Part shown: piece by piece, positions 19,044 to 30,401 of the stretch
Position numbering within the stretch: the first letter of the stretch is position 1
Layout: each line of letters starts with the position of its first letter
Source of the DNA: an uncultured Desulfosarcina sp.
GTDB taxonomy: Bacteria > Desulfobacterota > Desulfobacteria > Desulfobacterales > Desulfosarcinaceae
Assembly (NCBI GenBank): GCA_963674945.2
Contig: CAXXWQ010000002.1
Span: forward strand, 630,308 to 694,307
DNA length: 64,000 nt
Direction of reading: 5' to 3'
Made by a program: the position numbers and the translations under genes
Notes under the pieces: generated by a model
Seen by the model: the letters and a program-made list of their open reading frames with translations, nothing else
Databases searched by the model: none
Told to the model about the DNA's origin: nothing

Positions 19044-20000
19044 ATGAAAACGGCTTTAGTTATAGGTGTCTCAGGTCAAGATGGCTCATATTTAGCAAGA
19101 TTTTTAATTAATAAGGGCTATCGTGTTGTCGGTACTTCACGTGATGCACAAATGAACAGTTTTAGAAATCTTACTAAGCTGGGTATCAATGATGATGTGA
19201 TTAAAGAATCTATGAATCTCAATGATTTCAGAAGTGTTATGCAGGTATTAAATAAAGAAGATTTTGATGAAATCTATAATTTAGGTGGTCAAAGCTCAGT
19301 AGGATTATCGTTTAATCAACCTATGGATGCCTTTGAAAGCATAAGCATTGGTACTTTAAATCTTTTAGAATGTATTCGATTGCTTCGTATTTCAGCCAAG
19401 CTTTACAATGCAGGGTCAAGTGAATGTTTCGGTAATACGAATGGAGAAGCTGCAAATGAATTAACATCTTTTCGACCGCGAAGCCCTTATGCGATGGCGA
19501 AGTCGGCTGCCTTCTGGGCAGTAGAAAATTATCGTGAAGCCTATAACTTGTTCGCATGCACAGGCATTTTATTTAACCATGAATCTCCTTTACGACCAGA
19601 ACGATTCGTGACAAGGAAGATAATTAAAGCAGCATGCAATATTGCTAAAGGAAAACAGTATAAATTGAAGTTAGGAAATATTGATATTCAACGAGATTGG
19701 GGGTGGGCTCCTGAATATGTTGAGGCGATGTGGCTTATGCTGCAAATGGAAGTGCCTGATGATTATATTATCGCTACTGGGAGGACGATTAGTTTAAAGG
19801 ATTTTGTTAAGCTTGTTTTCAAAAAACTTGACCTTGATTGGGAAAGGTATTTGGAATTTAATTCTGAATTATTAAGACCGACCGATATTTTAGTTAGCAA
19901 ATCTGATCCAAGAAAAGCTCGTGAAAATCTCGGGTGGTATGCAAGATTTTCTGTTGAGGATTTAATAGGGATGATGATTGAAGAAGAAATGTCTAATTGA
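19044..20000 (+). CDS. gmd: GDP-mannose 4,6-dehydratase family protein (second, AT-rich copy)
   Basis: GVSGQDGSYLA, QSSVGLSF, PRSPYAMAK, NHESPLRPERFVTRKI, RDWGWAPEY. Confidence 0.85.
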   Translation: MKTALVIGVSGQDGSYLARFLINKGYRVVGTSRDAQMNSFRNLTKLGINDDVIKESMNLNDFRSVMQVLNKEDFDEIYNLGGQSSVGLSFNQPMDAFESISIGTLNLLECIRLLRISAKLYNAGSSECFGNTNGEAANELTSFRPRSPYAMAKSAAFWAVENYREAYNLFACTGILFNHESPLRPERFVTRKIIKAACNIAKGKQYKLKLGNIDIQRDWGWAPEYVEAMWLMLQMEVPDDYIIATGRTISLKDFVKLVFKKLDLDWERYLEFNSELLRPTDILVSKSDPRKARENLGWYARFSVEDLIGMMIEEEMSN

Positions 20001-20033
20001 CCCAGAATCATTCTTTTTTATTGAGGAATAAAA

Positions 20034-21200
20034 TTGAGTAAATATATATTTGTTAATTGTGAGAAGCTCAATATAGAGAGAACGCTTGGAGTGGCTCATT
20101 TTTTAATTGAGTTATGTAAAGAATTAAAGAATTATTATAAAATCATTTTTGTCATTAATTCTCAAAATGAAATAGAAAATAATCAGTCTGGCCAAATCGT
20201 GAAAGAAATAGCTGAAGATATAATTATAGCAGGAGACAAGTATTCTGACTTCAATGTTATTAACTACATTCCAAGTAGTAGTCGAGCAGTTGAATTACTA
20301 CCCCATCATTTCCAACCTCCAAGATTTAACCTTCCTTCGGTGCTGATTTGCCATGACTTGCATGTGTTTGACATAGAATGGAAATACAATAATGCAGAAA
20401 ATGTAAAAAATGAGTTTCGCAAAAATCTTCTCTCAGCAAACGCTGTAGTTTGTGAATTCCCAAGAACATTTTATGATATCGAGCATATTGCAGATATAAC
20501 ACTTCAAAATCTTTATTTGACAGAAAGCCCTTTATTAATAAATACTGCAATAAATTGCAGCAAAAATATTGAGAAGGCAGATTTAAAAATAACTAATATT
20601 TTGTTTCCTGCGCAAATGCAAAGGCATAAGAATCATGAAGCTTTAATTCAAGGTCTTAATGAGTGCAGAAAAGAGGGAATTGCTGCAAATCTACTATTTC
20701 CTGGTAGTAGTTTTGATGCAAACTACAAAACGAAATTGATTGATTTAATAAAAGAACTAAACTTGACCTCTTCAGTAGAATTTTTAGGAAGAATAACAAA
20801 TAAAGAAATAATTGATTTATACCATATGTGTGATGGCGTGATTATCCCAAGTCTAGCTGAGGGCGGAGCATATGTTGCTTTTGAAGCCATTGCGGCAGGA
20901 AAGCCTGTTGCAGTGAATAGCATAAAGTCTGCCATGCAACATATAAAAATGATAAAAGGAAAGGTGCATTGGTTTGATTCAACAGATATTGTTGATACTG
21001 CTGCCGCAATAAAGTTTATTGTTACACAAAAGGAAGAGGATTTTTTTTCAATAAACAAAGATGGCAGAGAAAGAATTCAAGCCATGACATGGAAGGTTGT
21101 CAGTGAAAAATTCGCTCAGATTATTAGTTGGCTTTTAGGTGATCGTGACAGGCCAATTATGAAAATAGATAGTGATGGCTGGAATATAAAGTATTCATAA
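20034..21200 (+). CDS. Glycosyltransferase, GT4-like (GT-B)
   Basis: HKNHEALI, PSLAEGG..FEAIAAGKPV. Confidence 0.82.
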   Translation: MSKYIFVNCEKLNIERTLGVAHFLIELCKELKNYYKIIFVINSQNEIENNQSGQIVKEIAEDIIIAGDKYSDFNVINYIPSSSRAVELLPHHFQPPRFNLPSVLICHDLHVFDIEWKYNNAENVKNEFRKNLLSANAVVCEFPRTFYDIEHIADITLQNLYLTESPLLINTAINCSKNIEKADLKITNILFPAQMQRHKNHEALIQGLNECRKEGIAANLLFPGSSFDANYKTKLIDLIKELNLTSSVEFLGRITNKEIIDLYHMCDGVIIPSLAEGGAYVAFEAIAAGKPVAVNSIKSAMQHIKMIKGKVHWFDSTDIVDTAAAIKFIVTQKEEDFFSINKDGRERIQAMTWKVVSEKFAQIISWLLGDRDRPIMKIDSDGWNIKYS

Positions 21201-21323
21201 AAAGTCTTTTATCGGTATTATCTGCAATTAGTGTTAAAAAAATGGATATTATATAAACTATAAATTAAAGTATCATTTATCAGGTTACTCGACAATTACA
21301 AAGATTAAGCTAAAGGATCTATT

Positions 21324-23132
21324 GTGCTAAATAATAAGGAAAAGTGGAAACAGATAGAAAAAACAATCATCACAGATAATCCAGATGAGTATTGTCTAAA
21401 GTGGGGAAATTTACGTGAGAAATTTTATCAAGAAAATGGCTATATAGATATTGAAGAGGACGATGTCGAAAAGCTAAAAAGACTAAAGGATAAATACAAA
21501 AATAAGAGAATCTTTATATTAGGTAATGGGCCTAGTTTGAATAAAACCCCTTTGGATCTTTTAAAGAATGAATTTACGTTTGGAGTTAACAGAATATATT
21601 TACTATTTGATCGGATAGATTGGAAACCAACATTTTATACTGCAAATGATTGGAGGGTTGTGCCTGATATTGCCCGTGAAATAAATGCTTTAACAGGTAT
21701 GACATTTTTTTTTGAGGAGAGATTTAGAGGCATTTTGCGTGAAGGAGATGATGTTTACTATCATGCGCATACTCCAGTAGGCCCGAACTATCCAGACGAA
21801 AGAGAATTTGCTTTTAATATCGACAGAGGAGTAAGGGGTGCAGGGTCAGTTGTAGGAACTGCTATACAAATTGCATATTACATGGGTTTCAACCCAATAT
21901 ATTTAATTGGATGTGACCTGGGATATAAAGTTCTGAAAACAGTAAAACAGGAAGGGGACGATAAATTTAAGACTGGAGTAAAATTGTTCCTGACTAGTAC
22001 AGAAGATGATGACCCCAATCATTTTGATAATAGATACTTTGGAAAAGGTAAAAGATGGCATGATCCCAATGTAAAAAGAATGGTAGAAGGACATCAGCAA
22101 TGTAGAAGAGCAATTGAGGCTAAAGGTAGAAAAATTTATAATGCTACCATTGGTGGAGAACTGGAAGTATACAAACGCAAAGATTTTTATAGACTCTTTA
22201 AATTCAAAAAATATTCTAGAATTAGGCATGCTCACATAGAGGAAACTGCAATAATCGCAAAATGTAGTGAAGATGTGGGTGTTACAAATAAAGTAATGTT
22301 GGATGTTGGCGCACACCATGGATCAAGTCTTTCAAGATTTGTTGATAACAATTGGACAATATATGCTTTTGAACCGGATCCAAACAATCGACAAAAATTG
22401 ATTAATAGATATTCAAAAAGGGAGAATGTCTACATTGATTCACGAGCTGTTGGAGAGGTTATTGAGTCTGGAAGAACGTTCTATTCATCCGAAGAGAGTT
22501 CAGGTATTAGTGGTATGCTGGAATTCAGAGAAAGTCATAAAAAAGTTGCATCTGTAGATGTCACAACTGTTAAAGAGATAGTAAAAGAATACTCAATAAA
22601 ACATGTAAATTTTTTAAAAATTGATGTTGAAGGCTACGACTTCATGGTTCTTAAAAGCGTTCCTTGGGATATAGTTAAGCCTGAATTTATTGAATGCGAA
22701 TTCGAAGACGCAAAAACTAACCTATTAGGATTCTCATATTACGATATTGGTGATTATCTTGTTTCGAAAGGTTACATCGTATACCTCAGTGAGTGGCACC
22801 CAATTATAAAATATGGTATTAAGCATGATTGGTGTTGCTTAAAGAAATATCCCTGCAAACTTGAAGATTCAAATGGATGGGGAAATTTTTTAGCTTTTCT
22901 TAAAGATCCTGGTTATGTAGCAATTAATAACGCAGTTAATGAATTGGTTCGATTCCATAGTCCTACTATAAATAAAGAAAAATTAAATATTGCATATGCA
23001 AACAAGCTTTATAAAGAAGGGCAGTTCGATATTGCTGCAGAAGCATATAAGCAATTAATTAGCAGATCTGGAATATATAAATGTTTAGAATTTAATTTAG
23101 CAATGTGTTATAAAAAGCTGCAAGTTATATAA
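21324..23132 (+). CDS. Maf/DUF115 (GT42-like) domain fused to an FkbM methyltransferase
   Basis: ILGNGPSL..FGVNRI..IYLIGCD..NATIGG, then LDVGAHHG..AFEPD..LKIDVEGYD. Confidence 0.78.
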   Translation: MLNNKEKWKQIEKTIITDNPDEYCLKWGNLREKFYQENGYIDIEEDDVEKLKRLKDKYKNKRIFILGNGPSLNKTPLDLLKNEFTFGVNRIYLLFDRIDWKPTFYTANDWRVVPDIAREINALTGMTFFFEERFRGILREGDDVYYHAHTPVGPNYPDEREFAFNIDRGVRGAGSVVGTAIQIAYYMGFNPIYLIGCDLGYKVLKTVKQEGDDKFKTGVKLFLTSTEDDDPNHFDNRYFGKGKRWHDPNVKRMVEGHQQCRRAIEAKGRKIYNATIGGELEVYKRKDFYRLFKFKKYSRIRHAHIEETAIIAKCSEDVGVTNKVMLDVGAHHGSSLSRFVDNNWTIYAFEPDPNNRQKLINRYSKRENVYIDSRAVGEVIESGRTFYSSEESSGISGMLEFRESHKKVASVDVTTVKEIVKEYSIKHVNFLKIDVEGYDFMVLKSVPWDIVKPEFIECEFEDAKTNLLGFSYYDIGDYLVSKGYIVYLSEWHPIIKYGIKHDWCCLKKYPCKLEDSNGWGNFLAFLKDPGYVAINNAVNELVRFHSPTINKEKLNIAYANKLYKEGQFDIAAEAYKQLISRSGIYKCLEFNLAMCYKKLQVI

Positions 23133-23197
23133 AAATAAATAAAATATGTTTATGAACAGAAGCTTCTAAAAAAAATAAAAAATAGGAGTATATTTAT

Positions 23198-24139
23198 ATG
23201 GAAAAATTAAAATCACAATTTAGTAAAAATTCAATTCATTACTCTCAATATTTAACAGATGAATTTCATATCTATTTTGCTACCAAAGAAGATTCGAATG
23301 ATAGTTACTCTATAAAAATTAGAAATAATTGGAAAATTGAACCACAAGCATTATTAGCGAATAAAATTATTAATATGGGTGATACTTTTATAGATCTTGG
23401 AGCAAATATTGGAGCTTTTTGTCTGCCTGTTGCTATAAATAAAAAAGCGAAATGTTATGCAGTTGAAGCATTAGATGAAAATGTTGAACTTTTAGCTGCA
23501 GCTGTTCGCATGAATAACTTGATTGATTTTAAAATTATTCATGCTGCAGTGTATGATAGTGATGGATTTGTGAATTTAAGCGGTTCAAGTGCTTATGCAA
23601 CTGTAAAGCAAAATGGTGAGAAAAAAGTTAGGTCTTTGACTCTTGATAGCATCTTAAAAGAATATAATATCACTACTGATTTAGCTTTATTAAAAATGGA
23701 TATAGAAGGATGTGAGATTAAAGCTTTAAATGGAGCAAAAAAATTTTTCCAAGATAACAAAGATGTTGACATTATATTTGAAGCTAATGGTGCACATTGT
23801 TTTGCAAATGGCTATATGCCCCAAGATCTTTTGTCTTATATGGAATCATTAGGTTATAATAATTACATGATATTTGGTAATAGATTGATTAAAAGAACTT
23901 CAAGAGATATACAAGAACCTGCTATTATAGATTACATTGCCACAAAGAAAGAACTAAAAGGATTTGTTGATGGATTTAGGTTTGATGAAATGAATGAAAA
24001 CGAACGTATCAGTCAGATTGTTCGTTCTTTAACTTTGATGAAAGAAGGATATAGAATGTTTATGTTAAAACAACTTGAGAATACAAAAGAAAGCATTAAA
24101 GCCAATAAAAAAATAATTAATGCAATCGAAAATAAATAA
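23198..24139 (+). CDS. FkbM-family methyltransferase
   Basis: IDLGANIG, AVEA, LKMDIEGCE. Confidence 0.85.
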   Translation: MEKLKSQFSKNSIHYSQYLTDEFHIYFATKEDSNDSYSIKIRNNWKIEPQALLANKIINMGDTFIDLGANIGAFCLPVAINKKAKCYAVEALDENVELLAAAVRMNNLIDFKIIHAAVYDSDGFVNLSGSSAYATVKQNGEKKVRSLTLDSILKEYNITTDLALLKMDIEGCEIKALNGAKKFFQDNKDVDIIFEANGAHCFANGYMPQDLLSYMESLGYNNYMIFGNRLIKRTSRDIQEPAIIDYIATKKELKGFVDGFRFDEMNENERISQIVRSLTLMKEGYRMFMLKQLENTKESIKANKKIINAIENK

Positions 24140-24399
24140 TAATATTTTGTAAATGCTAAGAGGTATCTTCGAGATACTACAAAGCTTTCTAAGCAAAATA
24201 ATAGAAAAAAATGATGACATCATGAATATACATAAAATTAACAAATAGGTATAGATTGCGTACTATATCTATACCATTAATGCTTTTCATGGCACTCAAA
24301 GACCATCATCTTAACTTGATTTATATAAATTGTATCTGGGATATGAGTTGAACGATATGTAAGAGTTAATTGAGAACCAAGAAGAGCATATATTAACTT

Positions 24400-25600
24400 G
24401 AGATCTATATAATAATGAATTCAAATAATTTAAGAAAAAAACCTACACGAGAATTGTTGTTCAGTCAGAAGAACAAATACAGAAAATGAGCAAAAGATTA
24501 AAAACAAACAAAAAGGGCAAAAATAGCAAAAATAAAAACTGCTCGATCCTACAAAACATAATTCTTCGGTGCAAATACGTTGCAGATATGGATATAAAGT
24601 AATCGATCAGGAAACAAAGAAGCCTTTTTACACCCATCAAAGTATCGAATTTTCCAAAATCAAAATGAAAATCAACTTTTATATTTTGCACAATTGCGAT
24701 TTCCACAATTGCAGAAAGGCTCTAAAATTCAAGCTTCCATATGCATTGTTGATCGGACACGGTCTCCTTTCTAAGGAATTAATTGTTGAAATATGTTTTA
24801 TCAAAGGCATGATCCAAAAGGAAGTCAAGCAGTTAAGCGAATCTGTGTTTGACATTCCTATCGCTACTGGAAATATACAAACAATTGTTGACGGCACTTC
24901 GATGGCATTTTTTTCTTTGTATGTACTTAACGTAATATCGCAAGAAGTAACTGATGCAATTACATCAATAAGAGCTTCTGGTTTACAGAGAAAGATTTGA
25001 ATCAGTTATGGGCATAGATCATCAATCGTGTTGCTTTTACAGAATCGAAGAGAATCGTTCAAAAGCTTAATACGAAGCATTCAACAAAAACTGGATCGGA
25101 ATTATGAATTATAGTAAGCGACGGTTACGGAAGGTATTAAAAATAGTTTCACAGACTGACGTGCTTAGTTCTTCTGATCTATAATGCCGATGCAAAAGAA
25201 TAAAGAAAAAAGATTTATGTTGATTAGGAAAATTCGTCATGACAATTCGTCACCGTTTGGTTGAAAAAATTATAATGTTTGTCCAAAAGCCTCCTGACTC
25301 AAAGCCATGGCAGGATTTTTATATATTCATCTTGTTTACCGTATCACTATGGTTACTCGGTAAAACGGATTTTGGAAAACTCGCTCGGAAGATCATCCGA
25401 GAAAAGAAAACTTCTGTATGTTTATGGATCACATAGGATTCCATCTAACAGATAATTGTGCAGAAAGAGCGTTACACTTTGGTATAATGTGGAGGAAAAG
25501 AAGCATTGGAACTAAAAATGAGATAGGAAATCAATGGGGTTGAACGGATATTATTACTGAAAGAAATATGTCGCTCACAAAAAATCAGGCTTTTCCTTTT
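24400..25600 (+). pseudogene. Heavily decayed IS66-family transposase (boundaries approximate)
   Basis: From 25451: DNCAERALHFGIMWRKRSIGTKNEIGNQWG*, matching the IS66 C-terminal NNxAERxLR..RKxSxG motif. Upstream fragment VFDIPIATGNIQ. Many stops and frameshifts. Confidence 0.65.
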
Positions 25601-26146
25601 CTAAAGGATTGAAATTACTTCTTAATTACGAAATTCATAGCCAAACCTTTTATGAATATGATCCAAAGGATATTACACTGTTATTGCGTGATTTTAAAAG
25701 AAACATAGAAAGTAAAAAATTATCAAAAAAGCGTTATCTGAAAATCGAAAATTAATATTATTATTGCTTAATCTTAAAACAGATAAATTGGCTGATCAAA
25801 GATTTGCAATTTATTTAATAAAGAACCATAGACTCGATCTGCCTAAGAAGAAAATGTTATCGCAATTACATCATGGGAAAAATTTACTCAATATAAACCA
25901 ATATCCTATATTAAAAATATAATAGATAGAAAGCAAATAATGGTGTCGAAAATTAATGATCGTAGCGATGCTATGAATTGAATAACTTATAATTATTCAA
26001 TTTTGTAGGACATTATTCGTTTAATGATGTAATATGATCGGAAAATCTTTAATACACGAAAAACAGAATAATCGTAATATATGTTTCCTTTGATACCAAA
26101 TAAATATGAGATAATCTTATCCTGTTAAAATAAATAGGTGCTTTTT

Positions 26147-29100
26147 ATGTCAAATAATCAATTCTTGCAGTCTCTTAATCAGATTTGGAACGTTTGGGAA
26201 AATGACAAGTATATTGATTTAAAGACTATTAAGAAAATTAGTAATCAGCAGTATTGCCTTATTAATAGAATATCAATAAAAGAGTTATATATCTCTTTTA
26301 ATTGTTCCGACACATCAATAACAAAGATAAAATATTCGGCAGAAAAAGGTAGTAAAAAAGCTATAGAGTTATTTCAATACGCTTTAGATAATAATTTATT
26401 TAGTATTCCATATGTGACTATTTCTTCAGAGCATTTTAAGGAGTTAAGAAAGAAGCTCTACTCAAACCCTGAAAAATTTATGAAATCTGAGTTAGTTAAA
26501 AGTTTTTATCCTTATTATTCACCAGGAAGAACTTATGGTTATGCCCCTAATTGGGTAAAAAAATCTATTGATCATTCAAAACATTTATTTAATTTATTTA
26601 AAAAATCCAAACGAAGTGAGACGGCAGTCCTGATTGGCAACGGACCTTCGTTAAATAAAATTGATTTCGATCTTTTTAATGGTCAAGATGTTTTTTTATC
26701 TAATTATGCAATAAAGAATGAAATACTATTAAATTATGCAAAGGGAGTGGCTGTTACAAATAACTTAGTTGCAGAACAGGAACCTTACTGGTTTAGCCTG
26801 AACAGAATTTGGAAATTTCAGCCTCTATGGTTGGCTTATACATTACCTCAAACTGAAAATTCAATTCTATTAAATGCGTTAGGTGGTGATCTATTTTTTT
26901 CTAAGAACATTTTGGAAACGATTGCTTGGCATTCTACAGTAAGCTACTTTTGGCTTCAGATATTATATTCTGCAGGCTACCGAAAAGTAGTAATGACAGG
27001 CTTTGATCATTTTTATCACCAAAATACTAATGCGCAAGAAGGTGATTTAATACATCAAACTACGGATGATAAAAATCACTTTGATTCTAATTATTTCAAA
27101 GGTAAAAAGTGGCAAGCTGCCGATGTTGGAAAAATGGAGGAAACTTATCGCTTAGCAAAAAAATATTACGAAGCAGATGGAAGAGAAATAATCAATGCAA
27201 CTGTAGGCGGCCACTTAGAAGTATTTAGACGATCTGAACTTGTAAAAGAAATACCGCCTCGTCGAATTTATGGGAGAATTGCGCGTACATCATCAGAGCC
27301 TAAGATTGCTATAATTACTTCTTTTTGGGAAGGTGATATTAAACAGACAGAACTCCATTGGCGTTTGATTAACAGGCTCTCTTTTCCATCTGATGATCAC
27401 TTCCATATTTTTAAGCATGATGAAGAGAAACTTCAGCCTTCAACCTTGCCACGGATAATTTTTGCTTCTATTGAAAAGGAGTATCCCGAAGCAAGTAAAT
27501 TACCGCATCCTGCAGGTCCTAATCTTGTTTTTGTTCATACGATTAAATTACTATTGGATACAGACTATACACATTTCTTTTGGTTAGAGCCTGATTGTAT
27601 TCCAACCGATAAGAATTGGCTTTCTCCATTCATTAATCGATTAAAAGAGTATCCAGATGAACCAATTATAGGTACAGGCGGCGGGACAGTCTCACCAGGA
27701 AAACTCCATTGGAGAAATCATTTTGCTGGATGCTCACTTTACAGCATTAAGCATCTATCTGAATTAGATTGGGATAGTTTTATTAAATACCAGCTTGATG
27801 TCTCATTTGATGTTTGGCTGTCTGTCAATTTAGGCTATATTAAACTTAATCAAGTAAACAATGAAAATAAAACAGATACGATCATATTTGGAAAGAACCG
27901 ATATGATTGGACTGAAATGCGTAAGCCTAAATCTTTGGTATATGGGATGTTTGAACATTGGCGTCCAGAAAAAATTATGACATACGGACAGCTTCAAGAC
28001 CGTCTTGGTTGGCCTGGATTTACTTTGTACCATGCAATTAAAGATACTGATGTAATAAAAAAAATCTATAAACGTCTTCCAAAGTCTGCGTCGACGATCA
28101 TCATTAACTACAACAATGAAAAATATTTATTTGAAGCGATAAAATCTGCGCTAAATCAGACATTAAATGGAATTAAATACGAAGTTATTGTAGTCGACGA
28201 TGGATCAACAGATTCTTCAAAAATGATTATTGAATTTTTCAGTGATCGTATAAAAACTGTTTTCCTTAGCCATGGCATGCTAAATAGCAATTTCAATCAA
28301 CAACGTGCATTAAAAGCTGGTTTAGAGATCGCTGAAGGCGAAATTTTATTACTACTTGATGGTGACGATGTATTCTATTCAAACAAGGTTAATCGTGTTT
28401 GTGAGGCATTTGATGATCCTGAAGTTGTTATTTGTCAGCATTCGATTGATCTTATTGATGAGAAAGGATTGTCATTAAAGAAAACATTTAAAGCTTTCCC
28501 GAACGAAACAATCACTAATGAAATTTATAAAAAGTTAGGAAGGGTTAATCTTTATCAGTCTACTAGTGGACTTTCTTTTCGCCGATCCTATTTAATGTCA
28601 CAGTTATCTAATCTGTTCGTTGATAATCATCTAAACACTTGGCTAGATGTAAGGCTTACACGTTTTGCACCCTATTATGGTAAAATATTTAGTAGTAGAG
28701 ATTGTTTGGGTGCTTGGCGGAGGCACTCTCGTTCCGATTCTATACGAACTGACAATATCGCAGAAAGAGTAGAAGGGCATGAGAGATGGTACGATGAGAC
28801 CGCCTTAAAGATGGGCTTCCCTACAATACCGTTTAGTTGGAAATTGTCATGTAACTCAAAAAGGCCCAATAAATCAAAAAAAAATGAAATTCTTTTGGGT
28901 CCTTACCCAAGAGAATCTCATGCTCACTGGGATGAAACTCTGGGAGTACGTCAGCTAATAGCCTACAATAAAAATGGAATTATGATTGACGTCGGTGCAC
29001 ATGAGGGCTACGCATTAATGCCTTTTTTGAACGACGGCTGGTATGTTTTTGCATTTGAACCGGACAACAAAAATAGAACCAAACTATTAGAAAGGCTTGA

Positions 29101-30343
29101 AAAACATAAACATGAATCCCGTATACACATCGATTCTCGATGTGTAAGTAACAAATCTAAGAAAGGTATCCCATTTTTTACTTCAGAACAAAGTACAGGG
29201 ATCAGTGGATTGTCAGCTTTCCATGAAACTCATATTGAATCGCAAAAAGTTGATGTTACAACACTAAGTGATTTCTTTATGGATAAAATCATGCCGGCAG
29301 TGGAATTTTTAAAGATTGATACTGAAGGGTACGACCTTTTTGTTTTACAGGGGTATCCTTGGGATCGTGGCAAGCCTGCAGTGATTGAATGCGAGTACGA
29401 AGATTTAAAGACGGTTCCATTGGGCTACACTTTCCATGACCTTGCAGGCTTTCTTGTTGATAAGGGGTATACTATATATGTAAGTGAATGGCACCCGATT
29501 ATTCGATATGGAATTCAACATGACTGGCGGCAGTTGAAACGCTATCCATGTGAACTTGCAGATTCGAAAAAGGGGTGGGGAAATTTGCTCGCCTTTAGAG
29601 ACCCCATAGATGAAAATGAGTTATTGGCTGCGATTAGTATAGTAATGAAAAGTAATCCAATCTCATCAGAAAACATAGCCGCTGCTATCCTGTCATATAA
29701 AAGAAATTTTTGGCCTGGCTTTTGGATTGAAAATGGTAAAAATTACGAAAAAATTAGTAATAATCAATGGCTTTATACTCAATGGTGCCATAAACATAGC
29801 TATGCACAACAAAAAATTTGGATGGCTATCGCCGAAACTAAAATAGAAACAAAAAAACGGACCTATATATGTGGTGTTCGCCTAAAATCTGATCGAAAAA
29901 TGATACTGAATGTCATTTTAGACCGTTACGGGATTACGAATTACGAAGGAGTATCAGAGCAGGTCATATTGACACCTGGAGTTGAAAAGGAGATCAAGCT
30001 TTATAAGAAATTTTCAAAATCGCATTTATCGATAAAATTTCAAATAGAAGTCGTTGAGCTTGAAGGTGGCGGAAGTTCATTACTAACGATAGATAAATTA
30101 TATTTTTATGAGACGTTGGATAGTATTAAACATCGGATGGATGCTAAAAATATTACGCTCAGTGAGGGAAATCGTTTGTTTCGAGAAGGAGATCTATTTT
30201 CGGCCATGGGGATATATATGATACTTTACCAGAAAAGACCACTGCCGATGTACTTTAAAAATGCAAAGCTGGCGATTAAAAAATTAAACATGGAAGAAGA
30301 GGTCGGGTCCGTAGATGACTTGTTGCAGAGAGTTAGTGTATGA
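26147..30343 (+). CDS. Multidomain glycan enzyme: Maf/DUF115-like, unassigned GT-like, GT2 and FkbM methyltransferase domains
   Basis: LIGNGPSL..TGFD..NATVGG; WLEPDC; IIINYN..VVDDGSTD..LDGDD; IDVGAHEG..LKIDTEGYD. Start may be the GTG at 26138. Confidence 0.78.
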   Translation: MSNNQFLQSLNQIWNVWENDKYIDLKTIKKISNQQYCLINRISIKELYISFNCSDTSITKIKYSAEKGSKKAIELFQYALDNNLFSIPYVTISSEHFKELRKKLYSNPEKFMKSELVKSFYPYYSPGRTYGYAPNWVKKSIDHSKHLFNLFKKSKRSETAVLIGNGPSLNKIDFDLFNGQDVFLSNYAIKNEILLNYAKGVAVTNNLVAEQEPYWFSLNRIWKFQPLWLAYTLPQTENSILLNALGGDLFFSKNILETIAWHSTVSYFWLQILYSAGYRKVVMTGFDHFYHQNTNAQEGDLIHQTTDDKNHFDSNYFKGKKWQAADVGKMEETYRLAKKYYEADGREIINATVGGHLEVFRRSELVKEIPPRRIYGRIARTSSEPKIAIITSFWEGDIKQTELHWRLINRLSFPSDDHFHIFKHDEEKLQPSTLPRIIFASIEKEYPEASKLPHPAGPNLVFVHTIKLLLDTDYTHFFWLEPDCIPTDKNWLSPFINRLKEYPDEPIIGTGGGTVSPGKLHWRNHFAGCSLYSIKHLSELDWDSFIKYQLDVSFDVWLSVNLGYIKLNQVNNENKTDTIIFGKNRYDWTEMRKPKSLVYGMFEHWRPEKIMTYGQLQDRLGWPGFTLYHAIKDTDVIKKIYKRLPKSASTIIINYNNEKYLFEAIKSALNQTLNGIKYEVIVVDDGSTDSSKMIIEFFSDRIKTVFLSHGMLNSNFNQQRALKAGLEIAEGEILLLLDGDDVFYSNKVNRVCEAFDDPEVVICQHSIDLIDEKGLSLKKTFKAFPNETITNEIYKKLGRVNLYQSTSGLSFRRSYLMSQLSNLFVDNHLNTWLDVRLTRFAPYYGKIFSSRDCLGAWRRHSRSDSIRTDNIAERVEGHERWYDETALKMGFPTIPFSWKLSCNSKRPNKSKKNEILLGPYPRESHAHWDETLGVRQLIAYNKNGIMIDVGAHEGYALMPFLNDGWYVFAFEPDNKNRTKLLERLEKHKHESRIHIDSRCVSNKSKKGIPFFTSEQSTGISGLSAFHETHIESQKVDVTTLSDFFMDKIMPAVEFLKIDTEGYDLFVLQGYPWDRGKPAVIECEYEDLKTVPLGYTFHDLAGFLVDKGYTIYVSEWHPIIRYGIQHDWRQLKRYPCELADSKKGWGNLLAFRDPIDENELLAAISIVMKSNPISSENIAAAILSYKRNFWPGFWIENGKNYEKISNNQWLYTQWCHKHSYAQQKIWMAIAETKIETKKRTYICGVRLKSDRKMILNVILDRYGITNYEGVSEQVILTPGVEKEIKLYKKFSKSHLSIKFQIEVVELEGGGSSLLTIDKLYFYETLDSIKHRMDAKNITLSEGNRLFREGDLFSAMGIYMILYQKRPLPMYFKNAKLAIKKLNMEEEVGSVDDLLQRVSV

Positions 30344-30401
30344 ATTTAAATATCGTTTGGGACGTCATAAATAATTCATATGTAAATATTAAAATTTTTG
30401 A

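Noticed and set aside
24569..25000. 143-aa ORF as an independent gene
   Set aside because: Better explained as a fragment of the decayed IS66 transposase.
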